This document shows, piece after piece, positions 39,607 to 53,213 of a stretch of 64,000 nt of DNA. Positions within the stretch are counted from its first letter, which is position 1. The number at the start of each line of letters is the position of its first letter. Origin of the DNA: Psammoneis japonica (Eukaryota); the NCBI GenBank assembly GCA_008632985.1, contig QPGO01000237.1, positions 1 to 64,000 on the forward strand, written 5' to 3'. A program made the position numbers and the translations under genes. The notes beneath the pieces were generated by a model, which did no database searches, was not told the DNA's origin, and worked only from the letters and a program-made list of their open reading frames with translations.

Positions 39607-40697
39607 CATCAGAGTGCACGACATCGTAACATCTGCATGCATGACAAAATTACATTGCCACATTATAAAATTTACTCATCCACACATGACGGTTTTTGTT
39701 GTTTAGTTAATTGTCAATCTCCTGCTGTTCTTCATGTTTGAACACAGATGCTTTTTAATTTTTATGCTCTGCCTTTTTCACAACAACCAACGATCTTTAA
39801 CGACAAGCCAAACATTGCAATTGCATGCAATGAAATTTTCATCATGTAAAGTGTGCACTAATTATTTAATCAACAACTGTGCTCCAATTAGCCTGTTCGT
39901 CCGCATCATCCTCTTCATTCCATGTGTCTTGTCCCCTCTCTTGCAAGAATTTCAAATGTGCCGCTGCCACGTTGGATGTTTCCTTGTCACCGTTCCAAAA
40001 AAGCCACACTGCATGTCTTGCATTTGGGTGAACATCATCGAGAGGAAGAGGTCCAAATGCAGAATCGTGTCACTGCTCCCCTCTTGACGTCGTGTCGTCT
40101 GCTTCTTTTTCTCTTTCTTCATTTTGCCCCTCCTATTTTTCTCTCCCTTCTTCCTCTTGGCACCACCTGTTTTCACCGTCTCCGGCATCTTTCCATCCGA
40201 ATCCTTCTTTTTCATCGATCCCGTCACCGTCGCCTTCATCGTGTGTCACTTTGTTTTGGATCCATGTTTCTGACTTCTCTCCATGCTATCTCCATTTCCG
40301 AATGTTTCTTTATGATTGTTCGCATGCGTCACTTGAAGGCACCCACGTGTTCTTCACGCACCTTAACGCGCATGTAGAAATCCATGTTGTTTTCCAGTGC
40401 ATGCACCCTTTCTCCTGATGCATGTTTGCACAATATTTTCTTCCATCAATTCTACACTCCGTGTTGCCCTTTCCCAGTGTAATCTCATGTGGGATTTCCC
40501 TGGGAGAAGTTACATGCACGTCTGGTGGGTTTTTGTGTTTAAAACTCCAAATCCCACCAGGCGCACATGTAACTTCTCCCACGCACCACTCTGGCACATT
40601 TCTGTAGAAACCAGAATTTTGTGACTGACGCACGACCAATCTGGTGAATGCAATGGCGGACCCACGACCACAACAATCAGAGCATTAGAAGAAAACC

Positions 40698-43600
40698 ATG
40701 TCAGATGAACTCCGTCCATCCACTGATGAGGATTTCCGTCGCCGTATGATGGAGACAGTTGATGGTTTTGTTCACGCTGACGCTGCTCGTTGTTCGGAGG
40801 AACAGATGGCAAAGGATGCAAAGGCTGCTGTGTCAAGATCGGCAGAAGCAATGGCAGAAGCCCGTCGTGCCGTTGTGGCTGCAACGAGAGACACACCATT
40901 CAGACAATGACTGTGTTGTTGCAGTGGAAAATTGCAGCCAAGCGGAAATGAGTTTCCAACGCTTTCTTCACGGTAACGCATTTGACACAAAAGAACTGGG
41001 GCTCCCAATCTCCTGCACTGTGCTCGAAGAACGAGTACAAACGAAAGTAGAATCAAGTGTGAAAAGTGAAAATTATGAGATTAAATTTTACTCTGTGATT
41101 TTTGGTTTCTCCAAACGAGTTCTCAATGGCCTGAAGCTTCTGCACTGCTTCTACAGACAAAAGGCCTTTCGGAGAATATGTTTGTGACAACAGATTGTCC
41201 GGATACGATTGCCATTGACACGTGAGATGTCAACATCGTTGCAATTCTCGACATCCGATCAACTCTGTGTGATCGTTCTGTCCTTTGTGCGCATCCACGA
41301 CTGTGGTGCGATTGACGTGTAAACAACATGTAATCATAAACATGTACACAACAGTTGCACACTGCATTTGCCTCCCTAATTGCACATTAGAGTCATTTGT
41401 TAAGTGGATCATTCGACGGACATTGACAGTGTCAACAATGTCTCCACGTTCACTGCATTGTGCCATTGGCAATGACTGTCATGTTGTTGTTTTATACAGG
41501 CCAGCACACACAGGGCCGTTTCATTTTCCAAATGTCTTTCGAGATTGTCATGGTTTGTCTCACGCTTTATGTGTGTGTGTGACGCTCTATTTGTGTGTGA
41601 GTGTGAACATGCTGCAGCATTGCGTCGAGTGTTCTCTCTGACATTATTTTGTTCATTTGGACACACGGACCAATTGTCCTGCTGTTCTTTCATGGTGTCG
41701 ATTGTACATGGCATTTTGCCCAGTGCTCGATGTGCGCACTTAATTGGCGTTCACTCACTTGCTTGTGGATTTCGTGCAGTTTGGCGGGCTCATTTTACAT
41801 GCCACATTGCTCTGCTGCACTGCCACGTTTCACAAGTGATGATTAACGATGGTCAAGGACAAGACCATTTCGTCTTGACATATTCGATCCTGTGAGGGTT
41901 GTGAATTTTCCATTGTGATTGTGGATTTTTTTGTATTTCAACCATCTATCAGTTGGATTTTAATCGTCATTTGGACGTTTCTTTCTGACATGCCGGTGTC
42001 ATTTTGTCATTCCGAAGGCACTGCTTTCGTGCACCAGTGGACAAATGTCCATTTTTCTTCTCTTTTTCTAGATCTTTGGCACATCTCGTGTGTCGACATG
42101 ATGTACATTTTAATGTCTTGCCTCGTACATTGTACAACACAACCGTACGGGTGTTGTGAGATTGTCTTTTGCCAGTGTGAAGTGGATGCTGTGGAGGTAG
42201 ACGGAAAGAATACAACCCTGGGTACAACTGCGTAGGGTCTAGTACTTCTTCTACAGGGTCACCAGGAAAGCACAGACACCGACTTCCGCTACATCAACCT
42301 GCAGCACCATCCAAGACGCGCAGCTGCGAAGACAACCAAAAAAGAAAACGATCGCAACAATGGCCTCCCTTGCGTCGCTGATATCTATGTCTATTTTTGC
42401 CGTATTTTCCCGTTTCTTTTCGCAGCATTCGGAGCTTTTATACAAGTGACATGATGGGCTAGTGGTGCTGGCGTTGAGTTCAATCCATCGAGGCGGATTT
42501 GTCGCTGAAGGTGCAGTGCAGAAATTGTGAGAATGCAGCATCAACATGACGGATTTTTGTGATGTACTATTGCACCTTTGGTGTTGTTTCTCACTTCTTG
42601 TCATCATTTTGACGTATGTGCCACAAGGTGTCCACGGGGCTTGGGTTTTTATGGTGCTGACTTTCTCTTCGGAACTTATCGTTGAATAATCAAAATTGAG
42701 CTGCCACTGGAATTTATGGTAAAGAGTTGGCGGCGGTGACATCTCAACATCCCTTGGGCCGATTTTCGCGATTCTTGTTTCATTGTCAATGGAAATTGTA
42801 CAAGGAATCCAAGAGGCTTGGTTTTGTTGTGCAAAATTCCATTCTGTGCAGATGGATTTATTGGATGCCGTGCGCACAGAAATGATGCTTCAATTGGAAG
42901 GGGCGCTCCAGCGATGTTGTGGATTGAACAAGGAAGAATGAAGCCCTAGACACACACTACATGTAACAAGAATATTAAATGTGAATGTTAAACATGGCAC
43001 GGGGTTTTTTACGTCAGTTGATCGTGTCGGGTTGCCTTGATTTGACAGAACATTCCACGGCACCAACCGGTTTGACATGTGGCTGGAAATCGGCTTCCTC
43101 CAGTGTTCCAACCAATTTGACCTTGCTTGCATGGGCAAGCTGTTGTCGCCTGGTTCGGGCGTTCCATGCGCCTTTAGACCCATCCACCACGACATCGTTG
43201 GGGGTTGTTTGAATGGCCTCTGGTTGGTGAAGTCTTGTTCACATTGACAAGTCACCCCGCCAAGAAATAACGTGAGTGCTGTCAAGGTTAGCTTGTAATA
43301 CTTTTTAGACGGCATGGTCTCGGTTGTATTGTTGCATAAATCTATCAAAAACGCGACGTACCATGCAACAACCCGGTTGTTTCGATACGGGAAAAATTCC
43401 CGTGCTTCCTCCACAAGAACACGGAAGATACGGTCGCTGAAGTGGGGTAACGGTCAGTACAATGTGTAGAATTCAACGGAGAAATACTACGGAATACAAC
43501 ATGGGTTGTATTCCCGGGATAATGTAATAGTACACCAATCTGTCACAGAGTTTTTTTCTAACCGTCCTTTAAAATAAGGCGATTTTATCCTTATGACATG

Positions 43601-46600
43601 AGCATTTTTTGATCTCGCTCGCCTCCACGAAAAGTGTCCGTATGATATGTCGCGTCCGACAATTTGGAAGGAAATGTCTTTATCCCGTTTTATCGGTAGG
43701 ACATTGTCGTAGGATTCAATTTTTTCATAGTAAGTCGGCTGATCGCGTCTATCGCGACGATGTTCGCCTTGCCCTCGCTGTATTTTAATTCGGGACTGAA
43801 GTTTTCTATTGTAAGTCGTCAACGTATGACTTTGTCCGTTGTGTCTAATGATCCGTATATATATAAATGTGTTGGCCAAACAGTATATTTCGGAAGTTTA
43901 TAAGTGTTTTCACTATGGACAGAAGTTCTTTTTTCCGTTGTAACGTATAATATTGAAATACGTGTATGATAACAATATAGTTTTTGATTTGATACGCTCC
44001 ATATTTTCGGAGACTTTTCGTTCCGTACTTGTACTTTGCCGTTTGACCTTTATTGAGGTGAATCTGGCTAGTATTGTACAGGAGATCGTTGAGACTACAT
44101 GTCTCGATAGTAGTAACGTATAACGACGAGATGTCGTAGTGTTCTTTACGTTTTTCTCATGTTGCGATTGCTTGAATCGCCTCCATTTTCTTTGTAATCG
44201 AATGCATATCGTTACGTATGGAAGTCTTGATAGTTTATTTCAAGTTAAATAGTGAAGGACTTTTGTTGTTAACCTTCTAAGCGACTGTTCTAGTCGTTTG
44301 AATGCCGTATTAAGCTGTCACTTGTACAGGTGATATTTTGAAGTCACCTTTTGTCAGGTATAAACGATCATATACAGTCGTTCTGACAACTTCAAACCTG
44401 TTATGAGTTCACTCATGTGTTGTTTAAAAATATCTGGGGCTCTATAGATTCTCATTGGAAGTCTATAGCACTCATTTTCTCCCTACGGCATGATTTTCGT
44501 GTGAGCACGACGTGTGCTTTTTTTATTTGACATGGTGGCATTCCATATTTGAATCAAATAGATTACATATATGAAACGTTCTTGCTTCAATAGTATTTCC
44601 TGAATATTGGGTAAAGGATACACCACGTGTATGAACCTTTTACTAAGCTTCTGAGTGTCGGATACGGTCGAACTCGACCTGTTTTCTTTAGACAATGAGT
44701 CTCAGAGCGACTTATTCAGAGTAATTTCATTTTTAAGACTTCAATCTTTCATAATAGGTCAAACTCCTTTTGATTGGACGCCTCCAAAGACTATGATAGG
44801 AGAAGGTTCTCACGCGTCGTGGAATCGCGTCAGATTTTCCACGATGAGATCCACTGATGCTTCCCATACATTCGTCTGAGGAACTTTTCAAAAAGATTTC
44901 AACCTCTTAAGAAGAAGATTGAGTTGGTTGTGTTCATTTGGGTTAGATGCATCGCCGTAGTTGTCACTTGATTAGGATCGATGGCGTGATAATGTGAGTC
45001 GAGGACCATTGGTTCCGTTATTAACTCTATTCACGGCGTCATATTTTTCAATGTGATAGGTTTTCAGCTTGAAAACATCGGCATCGAAGAGTGTATGAAC
45101 ATTCTTCATAGGTTATTTGCTTCTTCCCATTTGACTTCTTCATTTCCGTAGTGTAATATTATTACAAGACTGGACATTAGTCGCGTCCCATGATTATATT
45201 ACTCGACCTTGAAGAAGATTTCGTGTTATCGACATATACTGTTTGAATGTCAGTAAGTCTTAAATTTGCATAGTGAGAACTGAATTCGGTTTCTACTATC
45301 AGTCGTAAAGAGCTCACCCTGGTTTCCCAAGTTTTTTGGTGGCGGATATTTTGGTTCTCAACTTTCCACGATTTTGCGCATCATAAAAATCATGGGCTGA
45401 CGATGTTCTTTATCGAGAGAACACGTAGAAGCTTATTATTTTTTTTCTCAGAGAAGTAGTCATATAGACGGCGAGAATAGGACTCGTGTAACACACTATG
45501 ATGTTTTTTCTGGGTTTCCAGACGTCCTGTAACGCGGCATGCTCCTCGATCCGTGCAAATTTTTGATCGGACTCGATCGGTTCAATTTTTCTAAATTGAT
45601 AGTTTTGTTCGTTAAGCATTTTAGAGTCTTAATTTTTGCTCTTATTTTCTCGTTCCTTTGCCAAGGAACTTGCTTTGATGGTTTTTGTGAACTGCCTAGT
45701 TCACAGTTCAGTTCAATTCCTCTTTCACAGAGGCATTTCTGCTCTCGTCACGTTCGCGTGCGATTGCCATTTAGAGCATCACATTTTTTTTGGGTCTCTT
45801 TCAGAGCCACCCTTGCACTCTTTTGCTCTTTTTCTTGTTCAAGGAACTCGCTTTGAGCATTTTTTGAACTGCCTGATCAATCATGACGTCCAACTCTTTT
45901 TTTGCGAGCGGCATTTTCGTTGTCGCGACGACACGTGCGATTGCCATTTGAACTGCGCCGTTTTGGATCACATTCATAGTGTCCAAGGCATTCTTTTGCT
46001 AGTTCATTTTCAGAGTGGCATTGGTCCGTGATGCAGGCATTCTTTTTTCAAAGATTGGACCTTTTGCTCACTTTGGATTGTTCTGGCACCATGTGGGAGA
46101 CCATTTTTGGAACCAAATTTGGAACCTTTTTGATTTTGGAATCAACAGTGCTGTCAGAGCCTGATTTGATATGTTTTTTTTGTCATGGACGTCCTCGCCG
46201 ACCTCTAGACGACTCAAACCTCAATCAGCTCATCAAGGGCATGATCCAACAATCCAACATTTTGGACAGCAGGCTGATGCTGCCATCCTTGTGGTGCGAG
46301 TGACAGCTGATAGCTCACGGCTCGGTTTCCCGCTAGATTCAACTTAGAATCGATCGAAGGGTTGTGTGGACGCTCTTCATTGACCTCTTGGGTCGAATGG
46401 GCACTCTCTTGCTGCTGAGAGCCTTGGTTTCTTCAGATCATCTCGAAAAAAAATAATTCTGATTCTGAAGTGCAATTCCTCGGAGGACATGAGTTATGAG
46501 ACACTTGAGGTACTTTTGAACGGTTCCCTCTTGCTCTTTGGACTCAAGACTCATCGATTCGGTCTCAAAAAACTCTCCAACAGTCTCTCCTTTGCATGAC

Positions 46601-47864
46601 AGACGCATTTCTTGGATCTGATCGACTCGGAACTTGCATTCTCTGCAACCATAACTTGGTGTAGATTTTTTTTGACAATGCGGTGTACTTGTAGAGTCCT
46701 TGATCCTTGGATGCTTGGAATGGACCGCACTGGAACGAATCTTGTCATTTGCTAGACGAAAAACAGCGTTCCATCTTGAGGCACTGCTCGGATTGAGCTT
46801 CTTCCGCTCGGAAATCGATTCTAGCAGAACTGATGCGATTCGTCCCTGTTTATAGAAGAATTTACAAAGGCACATTAGTTAAAATTTTCATCTTCCGTGC
46901 TTTTTACCTTCTGTGGTGTGTATACACAATGCACTGTGCTCGAAGAACGAGTACAAACGAAAGTAGAATCAAGTGTGAAAAGTGAAAATTATGAGATTAA
47001 ATTTTACTCTGTGATTTTTGGTTTCTCCGAACGAGTTCTCAATGGCCTAAAGCTTCTGTACTGCTTCTACAGACAAAAGGCCTTTCGGAGAATACATTCG
47101 TGACAACAGATTGTCCGGATACGATTGCCATTGACACGTAAGATGTCAACATCGTCAATCGATCGTATTTGCAATTCTCGACATCCGATCAACTCTGTGT
47201 GATCGTTCTGTCCTTTGTACGCATCCACGACTGTGGTGCGATTGACACATGAACAACACATAATCACAAACATGCATGTAACAGTCGCATGCTGCACTCC
47301 GTTGCGCGACATCAAAAATCAGAATTAAGGCCACACATGCTGCACAGCTGTGACTCGACGTTGCTTCTGAGAAGCCTCAGGGCAAATTCTGACACAGACG
47401 CCACAAGAGTAGAGAGGGAGCAATCTGCGATTAACAGCATTGATGAATCCATCCACCACCGTGCCGTGCCACTCCTTCGAAGGCAACATCTAACACAGCC
47501 GCTGCACGTCCTGAAGGATGCAATCACGTTGCTCCACGAGGCCCTGGACGATTTGAGAAGGAAAGACGTTGCCTTGCAGCGACAGTGGGAAGCTTTGTAT
47601 GATCTGAGGCCAGGCACAGATCAAATGCGTGGAGGGATGTGGACCTCGATCCGGGCTGTGGACGAAGAAGCCGTGGCAAGAGAAAGGGTCCTGCAGTTGG
47701 CATTGCAAATCGAGGCACAATTGGTGGCTGTCAACCAGCCTGACCACAGCGCCGACTTTCAGCAGGCGATTGTGGCTGCCAGGGAACATTTCATGGCTAA
47801 TTCTGAAAGGATCAAATTCATCATGTTTGCAAGAAAGAGTTGGGAAATCACTGTGAGTGAATGA
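40698..47864 (+). pseudogene. Helical accessory ORF of element F, split by element G (40698-41013 plus 47301-47864)
   Basis: Rejoining at the CTCC TSD gives in-frame ELGLPIS-VARHQ. Confidence 0.55.
41014..47296 (-). mobile_element. Non-autonomous gypsy-derived LTR element (G)
   Basis: LTRs 41014-41366 and 46930-47296 with TGCA...TGCA ends; 4-bp TSD CTCC; decayed gypsy RT motif YPLPNIQEILLK near 44590. Confidence 0.85.
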
Positions 47865-50800
47865 CAGATTGACACGCGTGTCCCATTTTAGAAACAAATC
47901 TGACCAACACTTCCTTCTGTCCTGTGTAGCCCAAACAAACAGGGCCTTTTCTTGCGCTTCTACTGCTCCTGGACATTCTTCATAAACCAAAACATTGTCC
48001 CCAATTGCTTCGACAGGGACAACACGTAACTCAGGTGAGCACTGAGTCTTCTCAGGCGTTGAAAGCCAGTTGTTTCGTTTGTGATCAAGCTGCCAGCGAC
48101 TAACCAAGTCTGTGTGCTGACACCATTGCCTCACAGTTCTCTGGTCAGCTTGACAAGCAGTTGGATGGACCACTGCAAAAATCGATCCTGTGTCTTCCTG
48201 TTCGAAGAAACACAGCAAACGGGAGGGAAACTGTTGATCGCCCTTTCGTGTGCCAAAGGTCACATGGGCAAAGTCATGCCATGGTCCTTCGCTTTTGTAG
48301 TTGGGGTGCGCACCGTACATGTCCCTCCCGTTTGCATTGTAAAACTCTGTCTTACAAGTCAGGTGTGTATTTTCACTGTCTTCACCAACACAATCCTCCC
48401 ACTTTTCCGACATGAAGTTTAGTGACACAGGATGAACTTGGCAACGAGCATGCAAGCTGTTCCACTCAAACGTCACAGCGCCGATCCCTTGGTTGTAGGT
48501 GAGAGTGAACGTACTTCCTCCCAGCGTGTGATTGTCTGTCCTGACTCTTGATGATTCCTTTTTCCCAGTTGGCAAAATCCAACTGTTAGCTGAAATTGCG
48601 GCGTTGAGCCTCATTTGGTCCTCCACACACGACACGACCTGCTTCAGAAAACTGTCAAGGTTGCATTGTTGTGTGGTAGATGATGGCAGCTTGAGAAAGT
48701 CTTTCAAGAGACATTCCCCCAACCCTGCATCAAAGTTCATCGCATGTCGGTGACAACAAAGAAACACTGGGAGATGGAGTGTTTCATGAAGCTTTTGAAG
48801 CTTCCATCCGTGTCCTTCTGTTCGCGGGACGAATTGCACCATCCGGTCAATGAGGAGACAGATTTTCTTGTTTATTTTCTGAACAGATGAACTGGGAGTT
48901 GCGCTTGTGATGGGTGGATCGCCTGGCTTGCACCATGCGTGGAAGACAAGAAGGTCCTCGAGCAATTGAATGAATTGCCGGACGCTGCAGTTGAGTCTTT
49001 TTCCCTTGTGTTTTTTCTTTTTTTGGTTGTCGTCACCATCCTCAGCCTCACTCTCCTCTTTCTCATCCTCATTTTCGTCCCAGTCACCCTCTTCCAACTC
49101 CTCCGACCTTTCATCGTCAGAGTCCAAGTGCTCACTAGGTTGGCAGTGACTCTCAAAGTTCACTTTGGGTGTCTTGCGATTCTCTGGAACAATGGGTTCG
49201 TCTGCGTCCTCGTCAAGGAAGCATGACTCACGTGCGTTTTGTCCCTCACTGGTCAACAGGAGAAGGTAGAAAACAAAAGCCATTCCAGCCCAGTGGTGAG
49301 AGTTGAGGAAGGCAAGCGACCTTGCTCCTCCTTTGAAGTTTGTTCGCAAAAAGGATGCTTTGCAAGTTGACCGGTGATTGCTGAAAATCCTTTCCACTGT
49401 GCTGTCCACCTCACTTGTGACCACAGGTGTCATGCTGTCTACAAATGAATTGATTGCCCTTTTCAAGGTGCCGTTTTCAAAGAGATGCATCATGTCGCTT
49501 GCTGTCGCAAGGGTGACGCCGCATGGTTGTGCGCCAAAGTCTGCCTCAAAAAGACAGTTGGCAGGCACGTTGTGTTGCTTGAGGTAATGCAAGATGCCCA
49601 ACCAGTGCTTCCTTTCTTGGTCTGATCTGTTGTCGTCGTTGGCCTTAGTTTGCACTTGGTGGAGATCCAGTCCTTGGATGAACTCGCATTCAATCCATGG
49701 GTCGTCCAGTTTGTTGAAGCCAGTGAGGCAAAAACGACAGCAACGTTGACGACAGTTGTGACCTCTGCATCGTCCGACGAGACAGTCACCGCTTTTTGCA
49801 TCTCCTGTGATCAGAACGATCAGTGGGATTACGTGGAGGCATCGCATCTCATCCCCTCATCACACGCATGTTTTCATGCCTCCTTTTCTCATGACTTCCA
49901 AAAGTGGCTCCAAAATGACACGCAAGCAAGTGTGGCAGTCTCTCAACAAGGGTCCCTTCTCCGCCTTGCGATTGTTTGAGAGATTCCTTGCCGCAGATGA
50001 CGACATCTTTTCCAAATCCGGGAGACAACCAATTGGTTTCCAGACACTCTTGTCTGACCATTTGTTGAAGGCAACATGCGCAGAGGTCATGATCACTGGT
50101 TCTCCGCAGTGTGATCCCATCCCTTGTGTCCTGCCAGTCTTGTCGAGGTAAATGACATTGCACTCGAGAAATTGTTTCTCTGGGTCAGTCATCCATTCTT
50201 CGTAACTACGCCTGCACCACTCACCCGCCAAAAGGCACTTGTCATCCAGTCCCTTCGCTTTGTACTTCCCAAAAGGATTGTCTGGATCGGCCATGTTCTC
50301 TCTGCTGCACCACAGGTGAGGATCGAGCAAAAACTGTTCCCAAACCTTTGTGAAATCCCATCTTGGCACTGACACTCGTTTTGGCAAACCGGTTTTGAAA
50401 TTTTTGGTTTCTAGAGTGACAGGAATAGACTCGCTGGGTGGAAGAGGGAAATGATTAGTTAAGGTGCGCATCAACTCTTTTCTCCTTGGCAGAACTGTGC
50501 CAAGCTTGATGTTGCTGTCACCAGTGTGCCTCTCAATGAAATCAACAATGCAATCACACAATTCCAGGGGAGCACCACGTGTGTCCATGATCTTCTTGCA
50601 CAACTCTACGCAAGCTCCGTCAAGATTTGTCAAAGAGGGAGTGGAAGCCAAGGCCTCTTCTGCAGGAGTGTCACACCTGATCCCCCAACGTTGATCCTCA
50701 TCGTGAATGTCCTCTTCCTCCTCCATTGTCACGTCCAACACTGCAGCAAAGGATTGACCACCGCCAACATCCAAATCGTTCATTGCCAAAAGTTCAACTC

Positions 50801-51155
50801 CATGCATGTTGTGGTTTGATGAAATGGAGGACATGTCATCCATTCCGTGCGGTGCGTCATCCTGGGAGGGGAACAAGGGGCTGCTGCTCGGATCACTCAT
50901 TGAAGATCTTGGGAATCTGCTGCGAGCAGATCGCCTTGGATGGGATTCATCATCATCAGAGGACGAAGAGGAAGAACCACCGCTTTCTTCGGGTGGCCCC
51001 TCTATTGTGGCAGGAATGTCACTTTGATCTGGGATTAGATCTTGGGTTTGCAACTCTTGGGCAACTGAGTGACACGTCGGTGAGCATCTCCAATGGCAGG
51101 CCATTCGCAAAAAACTTTGGCCACAACCGGGACAGAGAAGAGGGTTTCCGTCCAT
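47860..51155 (-). pseudogene. Plavaka-type transposase
   Basis: N-terminal CPGC..H zinc finger; YLDKT, GDAKSGD..C, CRFC, DMMHLFENG, WKLQKLH..LH, NFDAGLGE, GPWHDFA; TGA (from CGA) at ~49860. Confidence 0.85.
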
Positions 51156-51607
51156 TGTTAATCAGACAACATTGACAGGGCCTTCATCAAGACTCACACT
51201 CGTCATCCTTGTCTTGTGGATGAGAAGGGAAAAGAAGAACAACACGCAAAAAATGGCGGGAAATTGGCAAACATTACATTGTGTTCCAGATTTGGATGAT
51301 TCTTGTGGGCAGGACGTGTCTGCATTTTGATTTTTTATCTGGCATTCACAATGAACATTGCACTTTTTATTTGCTGTCAAAATGCAGGACATTGTCTCCG
51401 TTGAAATGCAATGACAGCCATGTCAAAAAGCAAGTTGGACTGTTCGTTGTTACACGTGAACACATTTTCAAATTTCAATGTTGCTGACAATAATTTGTGC
51501 AATGTCATGGAGAAAAATAGAGTGCCTGGCTGTCTCAACACGACCCAAAAGACGGTTGCACTGTCAAACAGTGCCACTCCTCTCATTGTTGCCGTGAAAA
51601 GATCAAG

Positions 51608-52849
51608 ATGTCATCTCCAGCACCACCGGCAAAGAAGAGAAAGAAAAATGAGACTGTCAAGCCAATGAGCCCGAGACTTCAGGCAGTGTTGAAGAGAACA
51701 GGTACGCAGGCAGCGCATGGTGCATTGAAATCAGAAGTAGAGAAGGTGGCTAGAAATGATCTGTTTCCACAGGTGAAGTTTCTCAGTCCATCAGAATTGG
51801 CAAGCAATGGGAGCGTCTCAATGTTTGTCAAGAAACAGATTGCTGGTGGCAACATGGACACTTCAAATTGGTCAGGAACTTGGGAGGAATGGGCAAAAAA
51901 GGCGGTAAAAAGGCAAATTAACAATCGCAGAAACTCGGTGTGTTCGGCTGTTGGGGGCGGAGGCAATGGCCTGTAAGTCAAGTGACCAATGTGTGTGATT
52001 CGAGAGTTGCACGTGTCTCACAAGAAGATGATGGTGATGCTTCATCTATGTGGGCGTTGTCACCAAGGAAGAGGGAAAGGAAAAAGAAAAGAAACTCAAG
52101 GCGGCAGTCAGGAGGAAAAAGCAAGGCAGGAAAAAGTCAAGCCATGACAAGAATGAAGAGAATGACATCCCGTTTGTGCCGACATGGGATCCGTTTAGCC
52201 TGGGCACTATCACCGGCGGTAAACGAAGGAACAAGCAGGCATGCAAGTGGTTCTGTGATCACATGCTACCTCAAACCAAGCAAAAGCAGGCATGGAGCAG
52301 CACCGTCAAAACTGGGAATGCACAGGTCTCACAGTTGTTTACGGTCGGTGACGAAGCTTTGGCGCTGTCAGCCATGGAGAATTGTTGGCAGGTGTGGGCA
52401 CACAGGAACAAGGAGGAGGCGGTGGAAGAATTGGGTGAGGAAATGGAGCCCGAAGAAACAAGGCCTGCCCCTCGGCACACAAAGCCAAAGAAACAACGAG
52501 TGTCTGGGGGAGACGAAGGAATCAATCGGTTCAATGATTCATGCAAAGAGGTGATGAAAGATAGAGACTCCAAGGAGGGCAAGGAGTTTGAAAAGTGGCA
52601 TGCGGAGATCAAGAAAAAAGCGAGTACAAGAAGTCCGGAGAAGCAAAAAAGAAGAAGAAGACAGCACCGACCGGTGACATGGAGAAGGTGAAGGCAATGA
52701 ACAGCCTAATGGTGGAGAGCAGCAGGGACGACAACAGCAACGACGATGAGCAGGAGGAAGGGGCAAAAGGCAAAACGGACGATGGAGGAGACGAGTCCGA
52801 TGGAGACGAGTCCGATGATGATCGTTGGCTCAGTTTGAGAGAGTTGTAG
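51608..52849 (+). pseudogene. Plavaka accessory gene (charged/helical), probable intron from 51973
   Basis: Divergent from the transposase; LFPQVKFL, INNRRNS, TVGDEALAL..MENCW..W, EGINRFN; GTAAGT donor at 51973. Confidence 0.55.
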
Positions 52850-53213
52850 CAAGAAAATGTGTGCACAGTTAACATGGCACTCGGTCATTGCACTGCAGAC
52901 GTAAGGAGGGATTGACTTGGCCGATGAAATGATTTTCTTGTTTAAAACAATGTTTACGAAAATTAACAAACCAAGGATTGTGTGGCAATGCAATCACGCA
53001 TTGGCATGTGGCAACAAGGTGGAGGCAGAAACAGTGATGTGGACACAGTGAAAAATGGCATGCGCAATTCTTAATGAGTCATTGCAATGTTGGCACACCA
53101 AACTTGTGACCAGAGGTTGGCCTTTCATCACATGACAACAATTTTTTGCAACATTTTGATGAATTGTCATCATGTAAATCTGCACATTTTTTAACATTTC
53201 GTGCACTCTGATG

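Larger units (their letters stand above)
39607..53213. mobile_element. Plavaka (CACTA/CMC-related) DNA transposon (element F), 13.6 kb including nested element G
   Basis: 15-bp TIR CATCAGAGTGCACGA at 39607-39621 and its reverse complement at 53199-53213; 2-bp TSD AC; contains a Plavaka-type transposase. Confidence 0.88.
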
